NCBI GenBank assembly: GCA_041488355.1
Contig: JBGPPC010000002.1
Location: 1-55,536 of the forward strand
Source: Gammaproteobacteria bacterium
GTDB taxonomy: Bacteria > Pseudomonadota > Gammaproteobacteria > Burkholderiales > SHXO01
Direction: 5' to 3'
Length of the DNA: 55,536 bases
In this document: one piece after another, positions 17,250 through 26,410 of the stretch
Layout: each line of letters starts with the position of its first letter
How positions within the stretch are numbered: the stretch's first letter is position 1
Notes under the pieces: model-generated
Told to the model about the DNA's origin: nothing
The model's input: the letters and a program-made list of their open reading frames with translations, nothing else
Database searches by the model: none
Position numbers and translations under genes: made by a program

Positions 17250-17321
17250 ATGTGGACCAAGCCTGAATTCACGGAAATGCGTTTCGGTTTCGAAGTGACG
17301 ATGTACATCGCCAACCGCTAA
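17250..17321 (+). CDS. pqqA: PQQ precursor peptide
   Basis: [23 protein letters not shown], with a GGAGAAG SD upstream, immediately preceding pqqB. Confidence 0.93.
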   Translation: MWTKPEFTEMRFGFEVTMYIANR

Positions 17322-17338
17322 GTCTCATCTGCGGGCTC

Positions 17339-17371
17339 AACGAAAGCCCCGGATGGGGCTTTCGTTGTTTT
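17339..17371 (+). terminator. pqqA-pqqB intercistronic hairpin (partial terminator or attenuator)
   Basis: AACGAAAGCCCC-GGAT-GGGGCTTTCGTT, a 12-bp perfect stem followed by GTTTT. Confidence 0.6.
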
Positions 17372-17416
17372 GGGCAGATGCCGGCTCGCCAATCGCGCAA
17401 CATATAGAGCTTCGTC

Positions 17417-18331
17417 ATGCAAATTCGGGTCCTGGGTGCCGCGGCCGGCGGGGGGTTCCCACAGTGGAACTGCAATTGCCGTAACTGCGATGGCGTGCGC
17501 AAGGCCACTATCCGCGCGCAACCGCGCACGCAATCGTCGATAGCCGTGAGCGCGGACGGGGTCGACTGGGTGCTCTTTAACGCCTCACCAGACCTGCTGG
17601 CACAGATCAAATCCTTCCCTGCGCTGCAGCCCGCGCGGGCGATCCGCGACACCGGAATCCGGGCGATCGTGCTGGTGGACGGGCAGATCGACCACACTAC
17701 CGGGCTGCTCATGCTGCGCGAGGGCAAGCCGCTGGAGCTGTGGTGCACCGACATGGTTCGCGAAGACCTGACCACAGGTAACCCCCTGTTCAACATTCTC
17801 GGCCACTACTGCGGGGTAAACTGGCACCACCTGCCAACCGCGCGCGGGAGCAGCTTTTCTATCGACGGCATCGATCACTTGAGCTTCAGCCCTGTCCCGC
17901 TCAAGAGCAAAGCCCCGCCCTATTCGCCGCACCGAAACAACCCGCACGAAGGCGACAACATCGGCATGCGCATCACGGACCTGCGAAATGGAAAGCAGCT
18001 TTTCTACGCGCCCGGACTGGGTGAGATCGAGCCGCATCTGCAGCCCCTGCTGGAGCAGGCCGACGTCGTGATGGTAGATGGGACCTTCTGGACCGACGAT
18101 GAGATGATCAAGCTGGGCATTTCGAGCAAGCGGGCGCGCGACATAGGTCATTTGCCTCAGTCTGGCGCGGGCGGCATGATCAGCGCGCTACAGCCGCTGC
18201 CGGCCACGCGCAAGATTCTCATCCATATCAATAACACGAACCCGATCCTGGACGAAGACTCGGCCGAGCGCGCAGAGTTGTCCCGCGCCGGCATCGAGGT
18301 GGCTTACGACGGGCTCGAGGTCACACTCTAG
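17417..18331 (+). CDS. pqqB: PQQ biosynthesis protein B (MBL fold)
   Basis: [24 protein letters not shown]... with pqq operon context. Confidence 0.95.
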   Translation: MQIRVLGAAAGGGFPQWNCNCRNCDGVRKATIRAQPRTQSSIAVSADGVDWVLFNASPDLLAQIKSFPALQPARAIRDTGIRAIVLVDGQIDHTTGLLMLREGKPLELWCTDMVREDLTTGNPLFNILGHYCGVNWHHLPTARGSSFSIDGIDHLSFSPVPLKSKAPPYSPHRNNPHEGDNIGMRITDLRNGKQLFYAPGLGEIEPHLQPLLEQADVVMVDGTFWTDDEMIKLGISSKRARDIGHLPQSGAGGMISALQPLPATRKILIHINNTNPILDEDSAERAELSRAGIEVAYDGLEVTL

Positions 18332-18339
18332 GAGAACCC

Positions 18340-19083
18340 ATGGGCGCACCCGAAGCCATGCCGTGGAGCCGCGACGAATTCGAGCAGAAGCTGCGGGCGA
18401 AGGGCAAGCGCTACCACATCTATCACCCCTATCAAGTAGCGATGAACAGCGGCAAGCTCACCAAAGATCAGATCCAGGGCTGGGTTTACAACCGCTACTA
18501 CTATCAGATCAGCATCCCGATCAAAGATGCCGCGGTATTGTCCAACATGCCCGACCGCGACCATCGCCGGCAATGGATCCAGCGCATCATCGACCATGAC
18601 GGGACACAGAGCGACGAGGGCGGGATCGAGGCCTGGATCTGGCTGGGCCGGGCCTGTGGCCTGAAGCGCGAGGACGTGACTTCGCTCAAGTACGTCCTTC
18701 CCGGTGTACGCTTTGCGGTGGACGCTTACGTCAACTTCGCTCGGCGTGCACCGTGGCAAGAGGCGGTGTGCTCCAGCCTGACCGAGTTGTTCGCGCCCGA
18801 GATTCACAAGGAGCGGCTATCCAACTGGCCGCAGCACTACCCGTGGATCGACCCATCCGGTTACGCCTATTTCCGCAAGCGCCTGTCCGAGGCGCGGCGC
18901 GACGTCGACCACGGGTTGCGTGTGACCTTGGATTACTTTACGAGCCGCGCCCAGCAGCAGCGTGCGCTCGAGATTCTGCAGTTCAAGCTCGACATTCTGT
19001 GGTCCATGCTGGACGCTATGCAGACCGCCTACGGAGTCGGTCCCGAGCGCCTGGGCGCCGGCGCCGCGATGCCCGATGAATGA
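18340..19083 (+). CDS. pqqC: Pyrroloquinoline-quinone synthase
   Basis: 247-aa TENA/THI-4-like protein (YHIYHPY, NRYYYQ) in pqq operon context. Confidence 0.95.
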   Translation: MGAPEAMPWSRDEFEQKLRAKGKRYHIYHPYQVAMNSGKLTKDQIQGWVYNRYYYQISIPIKDAAVLSNMPDRDHRRQWIQRIIDHDGTQSDEGGIEAWIWLGRACGLKREDVTSLKYVLPGVRFAVDAYVNFARRAPWQEAVCSSLTELFAPEIHKERLSNWPQHYPWIDPSGYAYFRKRLSEARRDVDHGLRVTLDYFTSRAQQQRALEILQFKLDILWSMLDAMQTAYGVGPERLGAGAAMPDE

Positions 19084-19366
19084 GCGTCTGCTCACTCCCG
19101 ATGCGGTATGCACGCTCGAGCGGCAGTATCGGTTCCAGTGGGAGCCGGCGCAGGACTCTTTCGTGCTGCTCTACCCGGAAGGCATGGTCAAGCTATCGGG
19201 GAGCGCGGCCGAGATCATGAAGCGCATAGACGGGAAGAGCTCGGCCTCCGATATTGCGCGCGGGCTCGAGGAGGCCTTTCCCGGCGTCGAGCTGCGCCAG
19301 GACGTGATGGATTTTCTGGAAGCAGCCTACGCAAGGGGCTGGATCCGCGCTGGGCAAACGGAGTAG
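19076..19366 (+). CDS. pqqD: PQQ biosynthesis peptide chaperone
   Basis: Internal ATG at 19076 gives [11 protein letters not shown]...[30 protein letters not shown]. It overlaps the pqqC stop. Confidence 0.9.
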   Translation: MNERLLTPDAVCTLERQYRFQWEPAQDSFVLLYPEGMVKLSGSAAEIMKRIDGKSSASDIARGLEEAFPGVELRQDVMDFLEAAYARGWIRAGQTE

Positions 19367-19373
19367 AACTCAA

Positions 19374-20510
19374 ATGACAAACCCGCTGTGGCTCAACGCT
19401 GAGGTCACGTTCAAGTGCCCGCTGCACTGCGTCTACTGCTACAACCCGGTGGACTACACGCGTTTCGGCCCCGAACTGACTACCGACGAATGGCTGCGCG
19501 TTCTGCGCGAGGCGCGTGAGTTGGGCGCGGTGCAGCTCGGAATCTCGGGGGGCGAGCCCCTGATGCGCGACGACATCGAAGTCATGATCGCCGAGGCTCG
19601 CCGTCTGGACTATTACACCAATCTGCTCACTTCAGGTGTGGGACTAACCGAGAAGCGCATCGCCGCTTTTAAGCAGGGTGGGCTGGACCAGATTCAGCTG
19701 TCGTTCCAGGATTCGACGCGCGAACTGAACGACTTTCTGAGCAGCACGCGCACCTTCGAGTTGAAGTCGAAAGTGGCCAAGCTCATCAAGCAGTACGAGT
19801 ACCCGATGGTGCTCAATGTGGTGCTGCACCGGCTCAACATCGACCACATCCAGGCGATCCTGGAGATGGCCGAGGCGATAGGTGCAGAGCACGTTGAACT
19901 CGCCAACACCCAATACTATGCTTGGGCACTGGTAAACCGCGACCAGCTGCTGCCCAGCGCAGAGCAGTTGCAGCGTGCGGAAGAGATCACGAATCAGTTC
20001 CGCGCCCGGGTCGGCAAGAAGATGAAACTGTACTTCGTCGTACCCGATTACTACGCGAACCGCCCGAAGGCATGCATGAACGGATGGGGCTCGGTGTTCC
20101 TGAACGTCGCCGCAGATGGCGTCGCATTGCCCTGCCACGAGGCGCGGATGTTGCCAGGCCTTACCTTCCCCAACGTGCGCGAGCATGATATGCGCTGGAT
20201 CTGGTATGAGTCGCCTGGCTTCAACGCGTATCGCGGGGATGGCTGGATGAAGGAGCCTTGCCGCAGCTGTCCGGACAAGAGCAAGGACTTCGGCGGCTGC
20301 CGCTGCCAGGCTTATATGCTCACCGGTGATGCGACCAACACCGATCCAGTCTGCGACCTGTCGCCCAACCATCACCTCGTCACCGACGTCGTGGCAAAGG
20401 CCCAGAGCGCAGCACAGCCGGTCACCGTGCATCCAATCGTCTTCCGCGACGACAAGAACTCCCGCAAGCTCAGCGCAAAGAACCGACCCGAGACGGCGCC
20501 AGCCGAGTAG
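19374..20510 (+). CDS. pqqE: PQQ biosynthesis radical SAM/SPASM enzyme
   Basis: CPLHCVYCYNP radical SAM CxxxCxxC motif and a C-terminal SPASM Cys cluster. Confidence 0.95.
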   Translation: MTNPLWLNAEVTFKCPLHCVYCYNPVDYTRFGPELTTDEWLRVLREARELGAVQLGISGGEPLMRDDIEVMIAEARRLDYYTNLLTSGVGLTEKRIAAFKQGGLDQIQLSFQDSTRELNDFLSSTRTFELKSKVAKLIKQYEYPMVLNVVLHRLNIDHIQAILEMAEAIGAEHVELANTQYYAWALVNRDQLLPSAEQLQRAEEITNQFRARVGKKMKLYFVVPDYYANRPKACMNGWGSVFLNVAADGVALPCHEARMLPGLTFPNVREHDMRWIWYESPGFNAYRGDGWMKEPCRSCPDKSKDFGGCRCQAYMLTGDATNTDPVCDLSPNHHLVTDVVAKAQSAAQPVTVHPIVFRDDKNSRKLSAKNRPETAPAE

Positions 20511-20566
20511 TCCCCTGCGGCAGGGAAGTTACGCGCAGAGCTTCCCTCACCTACAATCGACGCAGG

Positions 20567-21502
20567 ATGAACGACACACGCGTAACCATGCACGACCTCG
20601 CGGTCCGGGCGCAAGGCCTGACCAAGCGTTACGGCGACGTGCTGGCCGTTGACGGGCTCGATCTGGACCTGCCCGCCGGCCAGTTCTTCGGCTTGCTCGG
20701 TCCGAACGGTTCCGGCAAGACCACCACCATTCACATGCTCTCGACCCTGGTTCGGCCCAGCGCAGGGACCGCACTGGTGGCAGGGCACGATGTCGCGCGC
20801 GATCCCGTGGCCGTGCGCGGAGCCATTGGACTGGTCTTCCAGGAATCCGCGCTCGATCGTACCTTGACCGTCGCCCAGAACCTGCGCTTCGCGGGGCTGC
20901 TGTACGACCTGCCACCCGCCACCATCGAGGAGCGCAGCCGCGAGCTGCTCGAACTGTTTGGCTTGAACGATAAGCGCAATCGCCCCGTAGGCACACTGTC
21001 CGGCGGCATGCGCCGCGCGCTCGACATCGTGCGCGGCGTGATTCACCGACCCCGCATCCTGTTCCTGGACGAGCCCACCATTGGCCTCGATCTGCCCAAC
21101 CGCCGCGCGATTTGGCGCTTCATCGAACGGCTGCGTGCCAGCACCGGCATGACGGTGCTGCTCACCACGCATTATTTGGAAGAAGCGGACGGCTGCGACC
21201 AGGTGGCCTTCATCAAATCCGGCAAGATCGTTCGGCGCGGTACGCCGACCGCGTTAGTGGACTCGCTCGGCCGGCATATCATCGAGATTGAGGCAGAGGG
21301 GCTCGACGCGCTCGTCGCCGGCCTCGAACCGCGCCTCGGGCCGGCGCTCAGCGACGGCGACGTAGCCATGTTTCGTCATCCCGACGAGGACGCCAGCGCT
21401 TTGGCCGTGCTGCAGAGCGAGCTTGCAGGTAGGGTGTCGGCGCTGCGCGTCCGGCGCCCGAACTTGAACGACGTTTTCCTGTGGGTCAACTCGCCGCGTT
21501 GA
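20567..21502 (+). CDS. ABC transporter ATP-binding protein (ABC-2/DrrA-like)
   Basis: Walker A GPNGSGKTT, signature LSGGMRR and Walker B ILFLDEPT. Confidence 0.9.
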   Translation: MNDTRVTMHDLAVRAQGLTKRYGDVLAVDGLDLDLPAGQFFGLLGPNGSGKTTTIHMLSTLVRPSAGTALVAGHDVARDPVAVRGAIGLVFQESALDRTLTVAQNLRFAGLLYDLPPATIEERSRELLELFGLNDKRNRPVGTLSGGMRRALDIVRGVIHRPRILFLDEPTIGLDLPNRRAIWRFIERLRASTGMTVLLTTHYLEEADGCDQVAFIKSGKIVRRGTPTALVDSLGRHIIEIEAEGLDALVAGLEPRLGPALSDGDVAMFRHPDEDASALAVLQSELAGRVSALRVRRPNLNDVFLWVNSPR

Positions 21503-21545
21503 TCTGACTCCTTCACTGCCGCCGCCTGGCACCCGGGCAATCGAG

Positions 21546-22352
21546 ATGATCCTAAGACCGATCTACGCTGTGATAGAGCGCGAAGTGGTGAAGATGTTCC
21601 GCCAGCGTACGCGGCTGATTTCCGCCATGGTGCGCCCGCTGATCTGGTTGTTCGTGATTGGAGCGGGCCTGGGCGCCGTGATGGGGCGCACGGGACAAAC
21701 CGACTACCAGCAGTTCCTCGCGCCGGGAGTGCTGGGCATGACGATACTGTTCGGCGCCATGCTAGCAGCGCTGACCATGGTCTACGACAAGGAGTCCGGG
21801 GTGATGCGCATGCTCATTATCGCCCCCGTTGCGCACCACTGGATCGTGGTGGCCAAGACGCTCGCCGCCGCCCTGGCCGGATTGATCCAGGGCTTGCTGC
21901 TGCTCGTGGTGCTGGCAGCCCTGGGCTTCCTGAGCTGGAGAATGAACTACCCGCTGCTGCTGAGCGCGATCCTCGTGACGTCCCTGTCCTGCGCTGCGCT
22001 GGGCATATTGGTAGCGGCTTTCACTCGCACTTTGGACAATTTTGCCGCCATCATGAATTTCGTGATCTTTCCCGTATTCTTTCTGAGCGGTGCGCTGTAC
22101 CCAATCGCGAACCTGCCGCTCGCTCTGAAAACGGCGGCGATGCTCAATCCTTTTACTTATTGCGTGGATTTGCTCAAGCACGCGATGCTGGAGCCCCTGG
22201 GATCGGGCCCAGCGTCAGACCTGCGTCCCGGGCTGGATCTGCTCGCGACCTTCAGCTTCACGTTGCTGGCGGTGATCGCGGCGAGCTGGCGGTTCTCGCG
22301 TGAAGAGGTCTATGCTCCCCTGATTCGGGTTCTAGCGGGCAAGCGCGAATGA
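21546..22352 (+). CDS. ABC-2 type transporter permease
   Basis: 268 aa with about 6 TM segments, immediately downstream of the ATPase. Confidence 0.85.
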   Translation: MILRPIYAVIEREVVKMFRQRTRLISAMVRPLIWLFVIGAGLGAVMGRTGQTDYQQFLAPGVLGMTILFGAMLAALTMVYDKESGVMRMLIIAPVAHHWIVVAKTLAAALAGLIQGLLLLVVLAALGFLSWRMNYPLLLSAILVTSLSCAALGILVAAFTRTLDNFAAIMNFVIFPVFFLSGALYPIANLPLALKTAAMLNPFTYCVDLLKHAMLEPLGSGPASDLRPGLDLLATFSFTLLAVIAASWRFSREEVYAPLIRVLAGKRE

Positions 22353-22376
22353 CCTTCGATGGTCGTGCTGTGCCGT

Positions 22377-22856
22377 TCAGTGATGATGGCCACCGGCGCC
22401 ATGCACGTGGCCGTGAGCCAGCTCTTCGCGGCTGGGTACGCGCACGTCTGTCACAACACAGGAGAAGACCAGCGTTTTGCCAGCCAGAGGATGGTTGCCG
22501 TCGACCGTCACGCCTTCGTCGCTAACGGCGGTCACCGTGTAGACCCGGCTTTCGCCCGAGTCTTCTCCACTGCCATCGAACTGCATACCCACCTTGACGC
22601 CCGCGGGAAACACTCCGCGTGGCTCGACGCGGACCAAAGCGGCCTCGTAGCGGCCAAAAGCATCGTCGGGCTCGAGCTGGACGCGGCATGTGTAGCCCGC
22701 CTGCTTGCCCTCCAAGGCCTGTTCCACGCGCTGGAAGATGCCGTGATGACCGCCGTGCAGGTAACTCACCGGCTGGTCCGTCTTTTCGATCAACTCGCCG
22801 CCGAGCGCCAGCAGCTCATAGGTCAGCGACACAACGGTGTTCTTAGCGATCTGCAC
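22377..22856 (-). CDS. slyD: FKBP-type peptidyl-prolyl isomerase SlyD with a His-rich tail
   Basis: A GTG start at 22856 gives (M)QIAKNTVVSLTYEL...NHPLAGKTL, with C-terminus HGHVHGAGGHHH. The longer track ORF is an upstream extension through bcp. Confidence 0.88.
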   Translation of the reverse strand: MQIAKNTVVSLTYELLALGGELIEKTDQPVSYLHGGHHGIFQRVEQALEGKQAGYTCRVQLEPDDAFGRYEAALVRVEPRGVFPAGVKVGMQFDGSGEDSGESRVYTVTAVSDEGVTVDGNHPLAGKTLVFSCVVTDVRVPSREELAHGHVHGAGGHHH

Positions 22857-23332
22857 TAGCCGATTGCCTTTACCAGCTTGAGGACCTCCTGCGCGTGACC
22901 GCGGGGGCTGACGCCATATTGCGCATGGCGCAGAACGCCCTTGCGATCGATGATGAACGTCGAACGCAGCACCCCGGTCTTCTTCTTGCCTTCGACTTCC
23001 CTCTCGTGCAGCACATCGTACTTCCTGCACACGTCGCCATCGGTATCGGCCAGAAGCTGCACCGTAAGCCCGTGCTTGTCGCGAAACGACCCGTGGCTCA
23101 TACAGTCATCCATGCTGACACCCAGGACCACCGTGTGCACCGAAGAGAAAGCGTCTTCTAGCTCGCTGAAGGCAATCGCTTCCAGCGTGCAGCCAGGGGT
23201 GTCGTCCTTAGGATAGAAGTACAGCACGACGTTCTTGCGGCCGGTGAAGCTGGAAAGGCTGACCATCTCCATGTCCGGATCTGGCAAGTCAAAGGCCGGT
23301 GCGGCCTCGCCCTCCTTCAACATAACTCCCAT
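22856..23332 (-). CDS. bcp: Peroxiredoxin Bcp (thiol peroxidase)
   Basis: FYPKDDTPGCTLEA peroxidatic Cys motif. Start taken at MGVMLKEGEAAPAF. Confidence 0.9.
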   Translation of the reverse strand: MGVMLKEGEAAPAFDLPDPDMEMVSLSSFTGRKNVVLYFYPKDDTPGCTLEAIAFSELEDAFSSVHTVVLGVSMDDCMSHGSFRDKHGLTVQLLADTDGDVCRKYDVLHEREVEGKKKTGVLRSTFIIDRKGVLRHAQYGVSPRGHAQEVLKLVKAIG

Positions 23333-23448
23333 GCTCCAGCCACAAGACTGCGGCGATTCTAACCGATTTTGATCGGCGGTGAAGCTTAACGCAGAGCGCG
23401 CATTCATCACGTCCGAATGCGCTCACAAGCAAAGATATAATCTTCTTT

Positions 23449-24612
23449 ATGCCAGCTCACGACGCCGCCGCATTGCTCGGCGGTTTGCCCCCGCGCCGCT
23501 TCCTCGCGCAACACTGGCAGAAAACCCCGCTATTGGTCCGCGCCGCCCTGCCCGGTTTCAGCGGGGTGCTCACGCCAGCGCAGTTGCTGAGGCTGGCGTG
23601 TCGCGACGATGCGCAAGCGCGCCTCGTGATTCGAAACGCGCGCCGCTGGGGGGCGCACGAGGGCCCGTTCCAGCGCGGCTTCTTCCGTGGCCTGCCCGCA
23701 CGCGGGTGGTCGGTGCTGGTCCACGAGGTGGACCGCTTCCTCCCCGAGGCTCGCGCCCTGCTGGAGCGCTTCAGCTTCGTTCCCTATGCACGGCTGGACG
23801 ACCTGATGGTGAGTTACGCGGTGCCGGGGGGCGGCGTCGGACCGCACTATGACTCGTACGACGTATTCCTCCTGCAGGGCCATGGGCGCCGGCGCTGGCG
23901 TGTGGGTTATCAGCGCGACGCCGCGCTCGTAGCAGGGGCGCCACTCAAGCTGCTGCGCGATTTCCGTCCGCAACACGAATGGGTGCTGGAACCAGGCGAC
24001 ATGCTGTACCTGCCTCCGGGCTGGGCGCACGACGGCGTCGCGCTCGATCCATGTATGACCTACTCGATCGGATTTCGAGCCCCCGCTTGGCAGGAGCTCG
24101 GCATTCACTTTCTGCGCTTTCTCGAGGATCGGCTCGAGCTCGAGGGGCTGTACCAGGATCCGGGCCTCAAACCCCAAGACAGCCCCGCGCGCATCGCGCG
24201 GACAATGGTTCGTGAAGTCACACATCGCCTGGACGGCATCCGCTGGACCAGCTCCGATGTCGCGCGCTTCCTCGGCCAGTACCTGACGGAGCCGCGGGCA
24301 CACGTCTTCTTCACGCCTCCGCTCCGGGGGCTACCGCTCGCTGCTTTCGCCGCGTGCGCCCGCCGCAGTGGAGTGACTCTCGAGCTGCGCAGCCAGATGC
24401 TGTACCTCGGCGACCTGTTCTTCATCAACGGCGAGATTGTCGCAATGAAAGGGCGGGCACGTACTTCGCTCCGCCATCTGGCCGATACCCGGCGCCTGGA
24501 TGCTGTAGACACCACGCAGCGCGGTCTGGTCGCCCTTCTGCATCAGTGGTATGGTTCCGGCTACCTGAGTCTAAGCGCTCAAGCGCGCGCAATAGGGAGA
24601 AGGGAGCCGTGA
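23449..24612 (+). CDS. roxA: JmjC/cupin ribosomal protein oxygenase (YcfD/RoxA-like)
   Basis: FLAQHWQKTPLLVRAALPGF parallels the E. coli YcfD N-terminus. GGGVGPHYDSYDVFLLQ is an HxD iron motif. Confidence 0.8.
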   Translation: MPAHDAAALLGGLPPRRFLAQHWQKTPLLVRAALPGFSGVLTPAQLLRLACRDDAQARLVIRNARRWGAHEGPFQRGFFRGLPARGWSVLVHEVDRFLPEARALLERFSFVPYARLDDLMVSYAVPGGGVGPHYDSYDVFLLQGHGRRRWRVGYQRDAALVAGAPLKLLRDFRPQHEWVLEPGDMLYLPPGWAHDGVALDPCMTYSIGFRAPAWQELGIHFLRFLEDRLELEGLYQDPGLKPQDSPARIARTMVREVTHRLDGIRWTSSDVARFLGQYLTEPRAHVFFTPPLRGLPLAAFAACARRSGVTLELRSQMLYLGDLFFINGEIVAMKGRARTSLRHLADTRRLDAVDTTQRGLVALLHQWYGSGYLSLSAQARAIGRREP

Positions 24613-25100
24613 GCGAGGACGCCGTCCCCGAGCACCGCAAGCTCGAAGGAAACCTGGAATACGAGACAGCGCTCGACACGCTGTTCGCGCGCTCAGGGCG
24701 AAAGCTGCGAATCTTCGAACGCCAACTCGGCCCAGCGTACAACGGCCCCGAACGCAACGATCTGCTCCGGCGTTTTCTGCTCGCCAGCCGCACGCGTACG
24801 ATCCAGATCGTTCTACATGACGCTTCCAATCTTCAGCGCGACTGCCCGCGGCTGATCAATTTGTTGCAGCAGTTCAGCCACGCCGTCACCATTCAAGAAA
24901 CCGAGCCGCAGGCGAAAGGGGTGTACGACCCGTTCGCCGTGATGGACGATCGCGACTACGTGCATCGATTTCACTACGACGACTCGCGCGGCTTGCTGGG
25001 GCTGGACGATCCACACGAGGCAAGCGGCTTCGTGCAGCGTTTCGAGGAACTTTGGGAAGCCTCTACGCCAGCTGCCTCCGGAACAACCCTCGGGTTGTGA
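24609..25100 (+). CDS. Hypothetical protein, translationally coupled to roxA
   Basis: A GTG at 24609 overlaps the roxA stop (GTGA). The 163-aa product has ordinary composition and no motif I can name. Confidence 0.5.
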   Translation: MSEDAVPEHRKLEGNLEYETALDTLFARSGRKLRIFERQLGPAYNGPERNDLLRRFLLASRTRTIQIVLHDASNLQRDCPRLINLLQQFSHAVTIQETEPQAKGVYDPFAVMDDRDYVHRFHYDDSRGLLGLDDPHEASGFVQRFEELWEASTPAASGTTLGL

Positions 25101-25280
25101 CCCATTCAGCACTCCTCCCGGCCCGGACCCATATGCCATGCGGATTAGCCACCGCCGGCTACTGGATTTGTTAGGCAGATCTGCTAGTATTCGACCTTCT
25201 TCGGAGGGCCATCCTCTGGAGGAAAGGCTTCAAAGAATTCGATCGTTCGCCAACAGTCTGAATACCGCTAAGGAAACTAG

Positions 25281-25460
25281 ATGAGACACGCCCTCGTCGT
25301 TGCCGCCATCCTGGCTCTCGGCTTGACCGCCTGCAGCAAGAAGGAAGAACCCGCGCCGGCTCCCGCGCCAGCGGCCGCTCCCGCCCCAGCCCCGGAAGCC
25401 AGTTCCGGGACAGCTGCGACTCCCGCGCCGGCCGAGCAGAAGCCGGAAGAGAAGAAGTAA
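25281..25460 (+). CDS. Small Ala/Pro-rich lipoprotein (59 aa)
   Basis: Not in the ORF track. MRHALVVAAILALGLTAC lipobox, an AAGGAA SD 6 nt upstream, and a strong terminator downstream. Confidence 0.55.
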   Translation: MRHALVVAAILALGLTACSKKEEPAPAPAPAAAPAPAPEASSGTAATPAPAEQKPEEKK

Positions 25461-25497
25461 CACGTCATCCTAGCTGTGGCGCGGATGTACAGTAGGT

Positions 25498-25525
25498 AAC
25501 CGGCCCGCATGGGCCGGTTTTTTTG
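25498..25525 (+). terminator. Rho-independent terminator (possibly bidirectional)
   Basis: AACCGGCCC-GCAT-GGGCCGGTT followed by TTTTTT. Confidence 0.7.
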
Positions 25526-25584
25526 CGCCCGAAAGGTCCTCGTTTCTCGCAGCTTAGCCCCGACCCGTCTGTCGTCGAGCAACG

Positions 25585-26352
25585 TCACACGAGCTGCCGC
25601 CAGCTAAAGCCAGTGTTCTGATCGGCGATTGCGACCCAATGCGTTTCGCACCCGAGCACCTCTGCTAGTGCGGCGCGAGCCAGCTCGGGCCGGTTGTTGG
25701 TCTGGCTCAGGTGGGCCGCGATCACGTGCTGCAAACGATTGGCGTCGAGCGTTGCCAGCAAGGCTGCCGCGGATGCATTGTCGAGATGCCCCAGCCGGCT
25801 CGAGATCCGGGCCTTAAGCGGCTCGGGGTAGTCACCGGTGCGCAGCATTTCCGGGTCGTGATTGCATTCCAGCACCACGGCATCGCAATCTTTGAGACAG
25901 TGGCGAATGTGGGCAGTCACGTGACCGACATCGGTCAGCACGCCTAAACGGTGCGCACCATCCCCGAACACGAATTGGGCCGGTTCCCGCGCGTCGTGCG
26001 GAACGGGAAAGGGATCTACGCAGATGTCTCCGATGGAGAACGCGGCATAGCCTTGGATCGGACAGACCTCGACGTCGGGATCGAAGAGGTCTTCCAGACC
26101 GCGCAAGGTGCCGCCCGTGACCCAGACGGGTATACGGTGCTTCCGAGCGAAGCGCGCGACGCCACCGATATGGTCGTCGTGCTCGTGAGTCACGACGATC
26201 GCGGACAGAGCGTCCGGTGAAATACCGAGCCGGCCCAGCCGTCGGGTTGCGTCCGACAAGCCAAAACCGCAGTCGACGAGAATGCGAGTAGAGCGAACCT
26301 CGACTATCAGCGCGTTACCCTGGCTACCGCTGCCTAGCGAAGCGAACCTCAT
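25585..26352 (-). CDS. MBL-fold metallo-hydrolase (PhnP/YycJ-like)
   Basis: MRFASLGSGSQGNALIVE and VVTHEHDDHIGG (HxHxDH). Confidence 0.8.
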   Translation of the reverse strand: MRFASLGSGSQGNALIVEVRSTRILVDCGFGLSDATRRLGRLGISPDALSAIVVTHEHDDHIGGVARFARKHRIPVWVTGGTLRGLEDLFDPDVEVCPIQGYAAFSIGDICVDPFPVPHDAREPAQFVFGDGAHRLGVLTDVGHVTAHIRHCLKDCDAVVLECNHDPEMLRTGDYPEPLKARISSRLGHLDNASAAALLATLDANRLQHVIAAHLSQTNNRPELARAALAEVLGCETHWVAIADQNTGFSWRQLV

Positions 26353-26410
26353 GGCGTCCCGAACATTCTCCGGTCAGCCGTTAGGCGATCGCGGGCATAC
26401 CCCGTTCGCG

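Noticed and set aside
20372-21172. 266-aa minus-strand ORF
   Set aside because: It is antisense to the ABC ATPase, which has Walker A, signature and Walker B motifs.
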